A program made the position numbers and the translations under genes. From contig JALSIK010000281.1 of NCBI GenBank assembly GCA_026990045.1, forward strand, positions 1 through 58,001: a stretch of 58,001 nucleotides of DNA, written 5' to 3'. Source of the stretch: Chromatiales bacterium (GTDB taxonomy: Bacteria; Pseudomonadota; Gammaproteobacteria; CAMYNG01). Below, one piece after another: positions 25,673 through 33,419 of this stretch (position 1 is the stretch's first letter; every line of letters begins with the position of its first letter). The notes under the pieces are model-generated. The model ran no database searches, had not been told where the DNA came from, and worked only from the letters and a program-made list of their open reading frames with translations.

Positions 25673-25688
25673 TGTGATCGCGATCCCA
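25673..25688. promoter_or_regulatory. near-consensus CRP-type site TGTGA-tcgcga-TCCCA
   Basis: 9 of 10 consensus half-site positions match, 91 nt upstream of the ATG at 25779. Confidence 0.35.
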
Positions 25689-25778
25689 GATTCCCCCCGG
25701 GGCCGCTGGCACCGCGGTTCGATAACCCGTATTGAAGTGACGTCACCGCGAGGCCCCGGTTTTTGCCCGGGGGAGGCC

Positions 25779-27326
25779 ATGACCCACATGCTCCTGCTCA
25801 CCACGCCGGCACAGCATGCCGCCGACAATCCCGCCGTGGAGCGGGATCCCCGGCGCCTGCGCCAGTGGCTGGCGGCGCTGCCCACGCTCAACGTGCTGGA
25901 GACGGTGCACCGCCTGCAGCGCGTGCTCACGCCCTTCAACGAGCTGGCCCTGGACGACGAGCGCCGGCTGCGGCTGCTGGAGACCTACCGCGAGTCGCTG
26001 GAGTCCATCCTGTTCGAGTACGACGACCTGCGCCTGCGCCAGCTCGCCATCCCCGCCGACCAGCGCCATGCCGTGGCCCAGGACATCATGTGGCTGTACC
26101 TGGAGCTGGCCAGCGGCTACAAGATCGTGCTGCGCCACCAGCACGAGGCGGGCCGGACCCTGCGCCGGCACGGGCCCATGCTGCTGGCGGCCTTCCGCGC
26201 CGCCGAGGCCATGGCCCAGGCGGTGCTCTACGCCTACCGCGCCCACGAGCCGGTGCCGCCGCTGGTGCTGCTGGAGCTGCACCAGATCTATCACCTGGCC
26301 CGTGCCCACCAGGCCCACACCCGGACGGTGCGCGCGGCCCGCGGCGAGTACCGGCGGCCCACGCTGCAGGCCCTGTACCAGCGCCTGCTGTTGATCCTGG
26401 CCGCCGACGGGGCCGGGCTGGCCGGCAACGAGCTGTTCGAGACCTGGCTGCTGCTGGAGGAGTTCTGCGGCGAGGATTTCCTGGCCCGCGAGGACGCGCC
26501 CGCCGGCGGTTGGGCGGTCAACTGGATGGAGGACGCCCCGCCCCAGGTGCTGGAAGCGGCACCGGCGGCGGACACCCGCTGGGTGTTCGACCTGGCGCCG
26601 GTGATGGAGCACGTGGAGCAGTGGTGCCGGGCGCGCGAGGCCGAGGCCGGCGGGGCCGCCCTGGGCCGCCAGGAGGTGCGGCTGCTGCGGCGCCTGCTGC
26701 GGGCGCTGGAACGGGGCGGGGCGCCGGAGACCGGGGCCGGGCGCGCGGTGCGCCTGCTGGTGGGCCTGCCGCGGCTGGCCCGGGCCCTGGGGGAACCCGG
26801 CTGGCTGGAGGCGGCGGCCACGGTGGAGGTGCACGGCGGCATCGAGGTGCGGGCGGTGGAGGCCGACGGCGAAAGCCCCTTCGCCGGCGGCGACTGGGTG
26901 CTCCACCCCCTGGCGGGGGGACGCTGCCGCCTCGAGGCCGGCGGCGCGGAGCTGCCGCCCGGCTGCGGGCCCGGCCAGCTGGTGGGGGTGCTGGACATGT
27001 CCGCGGGCGAGCCCGCGCTCACCGTGGCCCTGGTGGAGGAAGCGGCCCGCGACGGCGGCGGCGCGAGGCTGGAGGCCAGCCTGCTGGACGGCCCGCCCAC
27101 CGCGGTGCGCCTGCACGGCGCCGGCCCCCAGCAGTGGGGCCTGTACCTGCCGCGCGACCCCGCGGCGCGGCGGCCCGCCACCCTGCTGGTGGAGCGCACG
27201 CTCCACCTCAACGGCCAGGCCCTGGAGGTGGACGTGGGCGGCCAGACCTACCGCGTGCGGCCGACGGCCACCATCACCGAGACCCCGGCCATCCGCCGGT
27301 TCTCGTTCAGCGTCGTGCGCGAGTAG
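25779..27326 (+). CDS. hypothetical protein (515 aa), helical N-terminal part and beta-rich C-terminal part
   Basis: ATG after GGGAGG. Coding-like periodicity and composition. No motif I can name; a C-terminal PilZ-like barrel is only a guess. Confidence 0.6.
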   Translation: MTHMLLLTTPAQHAADNPAVERDPRRLRQWLAALPTLNVLETVHRLQRVLTPFNELALDDERRLRLLETYRESLESILFEYDDLRLRQLAIPADQRHAVAQDIMWLYLELASGYKIVLRHQHEAGRTLRRHGPMLLAAFRAAEAMAQAVLYAYRAHEPVPPLVLLELHQIYHLARAHQAHTRTVRAARGEYRRPTLQALYQRLLLILAADGAGLAGNELFETWLLLEEFCGEDFLAREDAPAGGWAVNWMEDAPPQVLEAAPAADTRWVFDLAPVMEHVEQWCRAREAEAGGAALGRQEVRLLRRLLRALERGGAPETGAGRAVRLLVGLPRLARALGEPGWLEAAATVEVHGGIEVRAVEADGESPFAGGDWVLHPLAGGRCRLEAGGAELPPGCGPGQLVGVLDMSAGEPALTVALVEEAARDGGGARLEASLLDGPPTAVRLHGAGPQQWGLYLPRDPAARRPATLLVERTLHLNGQALEVDVGGQTYRVRPTATITETPAIRRFSFSVVRE

Positions 27327-27363
27327 GACCGCCGCCCCCGGCGCGGAGGCGGACGCGCCGTGC

Positions 27364-28521
27364 CTACCAGATGTACTGGAACCGGGTGGAGACGGCCTTG
27401 CCCGAGTCATAGGCCAGGGCCGTGGGTGCATCCAGGCGGGTGTCGATGTAGTTCACCATCAGGCGCATGCTCCGGTCGAGGTAATAGTTCACGCCGAGGG
27501 TCGCGTTGGTGCCCTTGCGGCCGCCGTTGTTGTCGATGCCGTCGAGCACGCTGTAGCGGGCCACCAGTTCCCAGGCGCCGGCGCCGGACCGTGGCTTCAC
27601 CCGGCCGAACCTGCCCTGCTTGTAGGGCCGTGATTCACCGGTGATGAACCAGCTGCCCAGCACGTAGTAGCCACTGAAGTCCGCGCCCGGGCTGGTGTCG
27701 GCGGAGTCGACGCTGGCGGTGTAGTATTCGCCCTGCAACGAGAACGGCCCCATGACCATGGCGGCTTCCAGGTTGGTGATGCGCAGGCTGTCGGCACTCG
27801 ACAGCGCATAGCTGGTGACGATCTTGTCGGCCGTGTGCACCTCGGCCCGCTCCTTGAACTGGTAGCCGTTGCTGCCCAGGTCGCGGCGGCTGTACCCCAG
27901 GCCCAGGTGCAGCACGCGCGCCGGGGCATGGACGGGCGTGAACACCAGGCGTCCGGTCACGGCATAGAGTTGCCGGTTCCCGTTGAGGGCGTCGTCGCCG
28001 TCACTGAACAGCCCCGCCCGCCAGCCGAAGGTCTTGTTGCCGCCCTTGAAACTGATCCCGATGTTCCGGCTGGGGGCGAAGGCGTCCGTGACCATGGCGC
28101 GTTCGATGGTGGAGATGTACTTGGAGCTGGTCAGTTCCTCCAGTCCCATGGGCTCCTTGTGCTGGCCGATGGTCATGGTCACGCTCTCCCCCTTGCGCTG
28201 GATGTAGGCGTCCTTGATCTTGGCCTTGGCGCTGCCGTCGAAGTTGATCTGGAGCTTACCCTTCCAGCGCTTGTCGAGCTGGCTGGTGACGGCGATGCGG
28301 GCCCGGCGGATCTCGGTCTGGCTGCCGCCGGCGCCCCCGTTTGACGCATTGTGCGCCTGGTCGAAGCGGTCCCAGTCGTACATGAGGCGGCCGTTGATCT
28401 TGAAGGCGCTCTCCCCGCTCCTGGCCTTGAGCGTGCCGTGCTTGACCACGGCACCCTCCGCGGCCAGCACGGAACCGGATGCCGCCAGCATGACGGAAAT
28501 GGCAATCAGCGATTTGTGCAT
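27364..28521 (-). CDS. phosphate-selective porin O/P family
   Basis: Signal peptide MHKSLIAISVMLAASGSVLA. ..FKINGRLMYDWD.., ..EIRRARI.., and terminal ..STRFQYIW, typical of OprO/OprP-type porins. Confidence 0.85.
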   Translation of the reverse strand: MHKSLIAISVMLAASGSVLAAEGAVVKHGTLKARSGESAFKINGRLMYDWDRFDQAHNASNGGAGGSQTEIRRARIAVTSQLDKRWKGKLQINFDGSAKAKIKDAYIQRKGESVTMTIGQHKEPMGLEELTSSKYISTIERAMVTDAFAPSRNIGISFKGGNKTFGWRAGLFSDGDDALNGNRQLYAVTGRLVFTPVHAPARVLHLGLGYSRRDLGSNGYQFKERAEVHTADKIVTSYALSSADSLRITNLEAAMVMGPFSLQGEYYTASVDSADTSPGADFSGYYVLGSWFITGESRPYKQGRFGRVKPRSGAGAWELVARYSVLDGIDNNGGRKGTNATLGVNYYLDRSMRLMVNYIDTRLDAPTALAYDSGKAVSTRFQYIW

Positions 28522-28626
28522 GTCGTCGTTCCCCGAACGTGAGTCGTTGTCGTTGCGGCCATGCCGTGATGGCCGAATGGCGAACGGGAGGATGCCCCGC
28601 GCGGATGACCCGCGCGTGACCGCACG

Positions 28627-28644
28627 GTGACAGTCGCATGACGG
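28627..28644 (-). promoter_or_regulatory. Pho-box-like site (CCGTCAT-gcga-CTGTCAC on the minus strand)
   Basis: Two 7-nt direct repeats with a 4-nt spacer, matching 13 of 14 repeat positions of CTGTCAT-N4-CTGTCAY. Lies 106 nt upstream of the porin start. Confidence 0.45.
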
Positions 28645-28816
28645 CTGCTCACGCCCCGTCCACCATGGGCTTCGGGGCATGGCACGGGCACCGGAGGCGG
28701 GGGGAGGCGGGGGGAGGCGGGAGGGGAAGGGCGGGAAGGATCCGGCCGGGCGTCGCCCGGGAGGACACCGGCCGGCCGCGGGCGGCGCCGGGATGCCTGC
28801 CCGCAATGTGACGCCG

Positions 28817-28834
28817 TTTTCACAAAGTGTTCAT
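28817..28834 (+). promoter_or_regulatory. weak Pho-box-like site (TTTTCAC-aaag-TGTTCAT)
   Basis: 7-4-7 architecture with partial matches, 72 nt upstream of the alkaline phosphatase ATG. Confidence 0.25.
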
Positions 28835-28905
28835 CACGGGATCACCTGCGGCGGCCATCATCCCCCGCGACTGGAGACGCAAACCAAGACCGTTGGAGGG
28901 GAACC

Positions 28906-30501
28906 ATGAAACATTCCAGGACCATGATCCTTGCCCTGGCCGCGGTGGGCGGCGCGGGCCTGGGCGGCGCCGGCCACGCCGGGGAGGCCGAGACTCCCGG
29001 CTACTGGTACCACGCCGGCCAGGCCGCCGTGGCCCGGCTGGCCTCCCGGCGGCCCGGACAGGGGCGGGCGAAAAACGTCATCCTGTTCGTCGGTGACGGC
29101 ATGGGAATCAGCACCGTGACCGCGGCCCGTATCCTCGAAGGCCAGCTGCGTGGTGAGTCCGGCGAGGAGAACGTGCTGAGCTTCGAGACGCTGCCTTACA
29201 CCGCCCTGGCCAAGACCTACAATACCAACCAGCAGACTCCCGATTCGGCGGGTACCATGACGGCCATGATGACCGGGGTGAAGACCAAGGCCGGGGTGAT
29301 CGGCGTGGATCAGACCGTCGCCCGCGGCGACTGTGCGTCCAGCCGCGGCAAGGAGCTGGTCACCTTCCTCGAGCAGGCCGAGATGGCCGGCAAGGCGACG
29401 GGGGTGGTCACCACCGCCCGGCTGACCCACGCCACGCCCGCGGCGACGTATGCGCACACGCCCGAGCGCAACTGGGAAGACGACCACGACCTCACGGCCG
29501 AGGCACGGGCCAACGGGTGCAAGGACATCGCCCGCCAGCTCATCGAGTTCCCCCATGGCGACGGCATCGAGGTGGCGTTGGGTGGGGGACGGCGCAGCTT
29601 CTGGCCCCGGGACCTGGCCGACCCGGAGGATCCCGGCAAGACCGGCGAGCGGGACGACGGGCGCAACCTGGCCGAAGAGTGGGTTCAGCGTTACGAGCAG
29701 GCCGCCTTCGTCTGGAACAAGGATCAATTCGATGCCGTTGACCCGCGCCGGGTGCGGCACCTGCTGGGCCTGTTCGACCGTTCGCACATGGAGTACGAGG
29801 CCGATCGGGAGTACGACACCGGCGGGGAGCCCTCGCTGGCGGAGATGACCGGCAAGGCCATCGACATCCTGGCACAGAACCGCGAGGGCTATTTCCTGAT
29901 GGTGGAGGCCGGGCGCATCGATCACGGCCATCACGCCGGCAACGCCTACCGGGCGCTGACCGACACCATCGAGCTGGCCGAGGCGGTGAAGACCGCGCTG
30001 GCCAAGGTGGATCGCGAGGAGACGCTGATCATCGTCACCGCCGACCACAGCCACGTGTTCACCATCGCCGGATATCCCACCCGCGGCAACCCCATCCTGG
30101 GCCTGGTGGCGGGCAACGACAGCCGCGGCGAACCCACGGGCGAGCCGGCGCGCGCCGCCGACGGCCTGCCGTACACCACCCTCGGCTACGCCAACGGCCG
30201 CGGCTTCGCCATGCTGGAGCGCGGCGGAGACACCCGCTACGGCGAGCCCATCGCCACCGGCCGGCTGGTCGATCTCTCCGGCTTCGACACCGGGGACGAA
30301 GGCTTCCACCAGGAGGCCCTGGTCCCGCTGGGCGCGGAGACCCATGCCGCCGAGGACGTGGCCGTGTATGCCGGCGGTCCCGGCGCGTGGCTGATGCGTG
30401 GCGTACTGGAACAGAACGTGATTTACCACGTCATGGCCCGCGCCGCGGGCATTGCCGGCCGGTGGGATCGTGACGAGGGCCGATGGCGCGCGCGGGATTG
30501 A
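28906..30501 (+). CDS. phoA: alkaline phosphatase (PhoA family), secreted
   Basis: ..VILFVGDGMGISTVTAARI.., nucleophile region ..TPDSAGTMTAMMTG.., ..EAGRIDHGHH.., and ..TADHSH... Confidence 0.9.
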   Translation: MKHSRTMILALAAVGGAGLGGAGHAGEAETPGYWYHAGQAAVARLASRRPGQGRAKNVILFVGDGMGISTVTAARILEGQLRGESGEENVLSFETLPYTALAKTYNTNQQTPDSAGTMTAMMTGVKTKAGVIGVDQTVARGDCASSRGKELVTFLEQAEMAGKATGVVTTARLTHATPAATYAHTPERNWEDDHDLTAEARANGCKDIARQLIEFPHGDGIEVALGGGRRSFWPRDLADPEDPGKTGERDDGRNLAEEWVQRYEQAAFVWNKDQFDAVDPRRVRHLLGLFDRSHMEYEADREYDTGGEPSLAEMTGKAIDILAQNREGYFLMVEAGRIDHGHHAGNAYRALTDTIELAEAVKTALAKVDREETLIIVTADHSHVFTIAGYPTRGNPILGLVAGNDSRGEPTGEPARAADGLPYTTLGYANGRGFAMLERGGDTRYGEPIATGRLVDLSGFDTGDEGFHQEALVPLGAETHAAEDVAVYAGGPGAWLMRGVLEQNVIYHVMARAAGIAGRWDRDEGRWRARD

Positions 30502-30538
30502 AGGAGAAAACGGCGGCAGGGATGCCGCACGCGCCCAG

Positions 30539-30565
30539 GGCCCTGCTCCGGCAGGGCCTTTTTTT
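30539..30565 (+). terminator. rho-independent terminator of the phosphatase gene
   Basis: GGCCCTGC-tccg-GCAGGGCC followed by TTTTTTT. Confidence 0.7.
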
Positions 30566-30681
30566 GCGGCGGATCTTCGTATCCCGGGACAGGAGGGCGG
30601 GAGCGCGGGGAACAGGCATGGCGGCGAGGCCGCCCCGCCGCCCTGGATCCGGCATCTGGGATCTGAATTCTGAGGCCGGGC

Positions 30682-31131
30682 TCAGCCCGGCGCGGCGGCG
30701 GCGATGTCCTTGAGCCGCGAGCGCAGGCCGGCCCAGCCCATGCCCAGGTTCACCGCCCGGGTGGTGACCAGCACCACCAGCAGGTCGGGGCGGTCGGGCA
30801 CCGCGCTGATGAAATGAAACACCCCGCCGGTGGCGAACTGCATCTCGTGCAGGCTGTGCCGGATCGCCTCGCCCTTGGCCTGTCCCAGCATCTTTTCCAC
30901 CGTGGCCACCGCCTTGCCCCGGAACAGGTCCACGGTGGCCGCGGCCAGGGTGTCCAGCAGGGACTGGGTGAACCAGGACACGTGGTGGGCCACGCCCAGC
31001 AGCAGGCCCGATTCCTGGTCCACCACCGCCGCGGCCAGGGCGTGGTCCACGGTCTCCACCATCTCGCGGCAGATGTCGTTGAGGTTGGACATGGCGGGCC
31101 GGGCCGGCGCCGGAGCCTGATCCGGGTGCAT
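30682..31131 (-). CDS. divergent Roadblock/LC7-like protein
   Basis: The ATG at 31131 is 2 nt after the upstream stop; alternative ATG at 31092. Same size and alpha-beta pattern as the preceding Roadblock protein (..ALAAAVVDQESGLLLGV.. ..GGVFHFISAVPDRPDLLVVLVT..). Confidence 0.6.
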   Translation of the reverse strand: MHPDQAPAPARPAMSNLNDICREMVETVDHALAAAVVDQESGLLLGVAHHVSWFTQSLLDTLAAATVDLFRGKAVATVEKMLGQAKGEAIRHSLHEMQFATGGVFHFISAVPDRPDLLVVLVTTRAVNLGMGWAGLRSRLKDIAAAAPG

Positions 31132-31133
31132 GG

Positions 31134-31568
31134 TCAGCTTCCGGCCACTGCGGCGATGGTCTCGGCGGCCTGGCGCGCGTGGGCCAGGCACACCCCCAGG
31201 TTGGCGCCGGCCCGCGTGAACACGGTGAGCAGCAGCCGCGGTCCGGCATGGAGCAGGAAGATGCGCCCGCCCTCGCCCTCGATGAGCACGTTGCGCGGCT
31301 CGCCGCGCGCGCCTTCCCGGGCCAGGGTGTCGCACAGGGCCAGCAGGGCGCCGCTCATGGCGGCGAAGCGGTGGCGGTCGAGACCGGCGGGCAGGCGCTC
31401 GGCCCAGGCCACGCCGTCGGCACTGGAGACGATGGCGCCGTCGATGTCCTCGGCGAACTGGATCATCTGGTCGATGACCTGCCCGATGGCCTCGCGCACC
31501 GGGGCCGGGGCGGGGCCGTCGCCGGCCTCGCGGCTGAGGCGATCGATGACCTGGTCGATGATCTGCAT
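31134..31568 (-). CDS. Roadblock/LC7 (MglB/CvnB-like) protein
   Basis: GAGGAGA RBS. ..IDGAIVSSADGVAWAERLP.. ..MSGALLALCDTLARE.. ..VLIEGEGGRIFLLHAGPRLLLTVFT.., typical of the Robl_LC7 fold. Confidence 0.7.
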   Translation of the reverse strand: MQIIDQVIDRLSREAGDGPAPAPVREAIGQVIDQMIQFAEDIDGAIVSSADGVAWAERLPAGLDRHRFAAMSGALLALCDTLAREGARGEPRNVLIEGEGGRIFLLHAGPRLLLTVFTRAGANLGVCLAHARQAAETIAAVAGS

Positions 31569-31591
31569 GCGGTTCTCCTCGCGCCGGCGGC

Positions 31592-32122
31592 TCAATGGCC
31601 CAGCACGGCCAGCAGGGCGTGGATGAGCACCTTGACGTCCTCCGGGTTGCGGGCGTCGATCTCGAACACCGGCACCACCTGGTTGCGCTCCAGCAGCCGG
31701 GCCTGGAACGCCTCCAGCGGTACGGTGGCGGCGAGGTCGGACCGCGTGAGCCCGATGACCACGCCGGTCTCGCGGATGAAGTCGGCGAAGGCATCGAGGT
31801 AGAACTCCATCTGCGCCACCGGGTCGGGATGGTCGCAGTTGACCAGCAGGACCAGGCCGATGCCGCCCCGGGCGAGGATGGACCACATGAAGTCGAAGCG
31901 CTCCTGTCCCGGCGTGCCGTACAGGTGCACCCGCGTGCCGTCGTCCAGCAGCAGGTAGGCATAGTCCATGGCCACGGTGGTGGTGGACTTGAGGGCCCAG
32001 GCGCCGTCGGTGCAGGGCACGTCGGTGCCCACCGGCGGGGTGTCGGCGATGGCGCCGATGGCGGTGGTCTTGCCGGCCCCCACCGGGCCGGTGAAGATGA
32101 TCTTCTCCGTCGCCGCGAGCAC
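31592..32122 (-). CDS. Ras-like small GTPase (MglA/CvnD-type ATP/GTP-binding protein)
   Basis: GTG at 32122 after GAGGGGA. P-loop GPVGAGKT, switch II YGTPGQERF, and an atypical G4 (LLVNCD). Confidence 0.75.
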   Translation of the reverse strand: MLAATEKIIFTGPVGAGKTTAIGAIADTPPVGTDVPCTDGAWALKSTTTVAMDYAYLLLDDGTRVHLYGTPGQERFDFMWSILARGGIGLVLLVNCDHPDPVAQMEFYLDAFADFIRETGVVIGLTRSDLAATVPLEAFQARLLERNQVVPVFEIDARNPEDVKVLIHALLAVLGH

Positions 32123-32136
32123 GGTGCCGTGTCCCC

Positions 32137-33129
32137 TCAGCGCCGCAGGCTCAGGCGCCGGGCGATGCGCGCCAGCAGGCCGCGCCGGGATGGCGGCGGG
32201 GCGGGCGGCGCCGCCGCCGGGGCGTCGTCGCCGGCGCGCTCCAGCAGGCCCACGGCGAAGGCCGCGTTGTGGAAGTCGATGGTGGTGGCCAGCGGCACCC
32301 CGGTGGCGGCGGCCAGCCCCGCCAGCGTGTGCGGGGCCCGGGCCAGGGCCGCGGCCAGCTTCAGGTGGTCGGGGTGAAAGGCGTGGCGGGTGAAGTTGGG
32401 CCAGGCCTTGAGCCGCACCGGGGTCTCGGTGTCGTGGCCGGGCAGCAGGCGGCCGCCCGAGCAGGCCAGGGCCGCGTCCCACAGCAGGGTGCTCAGCGAC
32501 GTGACCTGGACCTCGCCTGCCGGGGCCCGCTCGCCGGGCGCCGGCTCGCGCACGGTGAAGGCCCCGGCGGGGCGGGTGAGCAGGCGGTGCAGGGCGGCGG
32601 TGTCCAGCGTGCTGGTGACGCTGCCGGCCTCGCCGTCGATCCAGGCCGATCCCGCGCCCGCCACCTCCAGCACCAGGCGCCGGCGCTGGTGGCGGGCGTC
32701 GAGCAGGGTACGGAACACGTCCACCGGCGTGGCCGCGGCCGGGCGGGCGGGCGCGTCCTGGCGCGACAACTGGGCCGCCATCTTTTCGTACAGCCGGCCC
32801 AGCAGGTCGCGGAAGCGGCCGATGTCCACCGGCTTGCGCACCGCGATGAGATTGCGCCCGATGCGGGCCTCCGCCGCCAGCAGCAGCTTGACCTGTCCCG
32901 GCCGCGCCGCCGCCAGCGCCTCGCGCCCTTCGCGGTGGTCGGCGTCCAGCACCAGCAGGTGCGCGCGCCGCGGCTGTGCCTCCAGCAGGGCGAAGGGCTT
33001 GCCGTCGTGGGCCAGCAGCTTGACGGCGGTGGTCAGGGCCAGCCGGTCCTGGTCGCCGAGGCCGGCCACGGCCAGGTACAGGGTGTGGCCGTGGGGCACG
33101 GAATGCTCGTTGTCGGGCGAAAGCGCCAT
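32137..33129 (-). CDS. hypothetical protein: degenerate receiver-like N-domain plus DUF742/CvnC-like winged-helix C-terminus
   Basis: ATG at 33129. Receiver-like beta3/beta5 motifs are HLLVLDAD and LIAVRKPVDIGRF. The C-terminus HTLAGLAAATGVPLATTIDFHNAAFAVGLLE resembles the DUF742 HTH. Confidence 0.6.
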   Translation of the reverse strand: MALSPDNEHSVPHGHTLYLAVAGLGDQDRLALTTAVKLLAHDGKPFALLEAQPRRAHLLVLDADHREGREALAAARPGQVKLLLAAEARIGRNLIAVRKPVDIGRFRDLLGRLYEKMAAQLSRQDAPARPAAATPVDVFRTLLDARHQRRRLVLEVAGAGSAWIDGEAGSVTSTLDTAALHRLLTRPAGAFTVREPAPGERAPAGEVQVTSLSTLLWDAALACSGGRLLPGHDTETPVRLKAWPNFTRHAFHPDHLKLAAALARAPHTLAGLAAATGVPLATTIDFHNAAFAVGLLERAGDDAPAAAPPAPPPSRRGLLARIARRLSLRR

Positions 33130-33215
33130 GGCGGTTGCGCGGTCTCCTCGATCTCCTGCTCGCTGGGGTGCTGAAAGACTATCGGCCACGGGCATGCCGG
33201 CGCCGCGTGGAAGAG

Positions 33216-33231
33216 TGTGATCCCACTCACA
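33216..33231. promoter_or_regulatory. perfect CRP/Vfr-type palindrome TGTGA-tcccac-TCACA
   Basis: Read directly, 87 nt upstream of the minus-strand start at 33129. Confidence 0.65.
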
Positions 33232-33282
33232 GATACCTTTAGCACCCGCTGGCGCGGGCCGGCGATGGGGGCAGACTGTTTC

Positions 33283-33298
33283 TGTGAGCCCACTCACA
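33283..33298. promoter_or_regulatory. perfect CRP/Vfr-type palindrome TGTGA-gcccac-TCACA
   Basis: Read directly, 122 nt upstream of the ATG at 33420. Its spacer is nearly identical to that of site 33216..33231. Confidence 0.65.
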
Positions 33299-33419
33299 CA
33301 TTCCCCGCCGCGGCATCCACCGCCCGCCGGCGGGGACGATATGGGCACACGGACGCCGGGGCGTGGCCACGACACGCCGCACGGTGAACCCGGGAACCAA
33401 CGGAAAGCAGGCGGCCACC

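Noticed and set aside
28807-28824. TGTGA-cgccgttt-TCACA upstream of the alkaline phosphatase gene as a CRP site
   Set aside because: The spacer is 8 nt instead of 6, so the half-sites would lie on different faces of the helix. The overlapping 7-4-7 Pho-box-like reading fits the gene context better.
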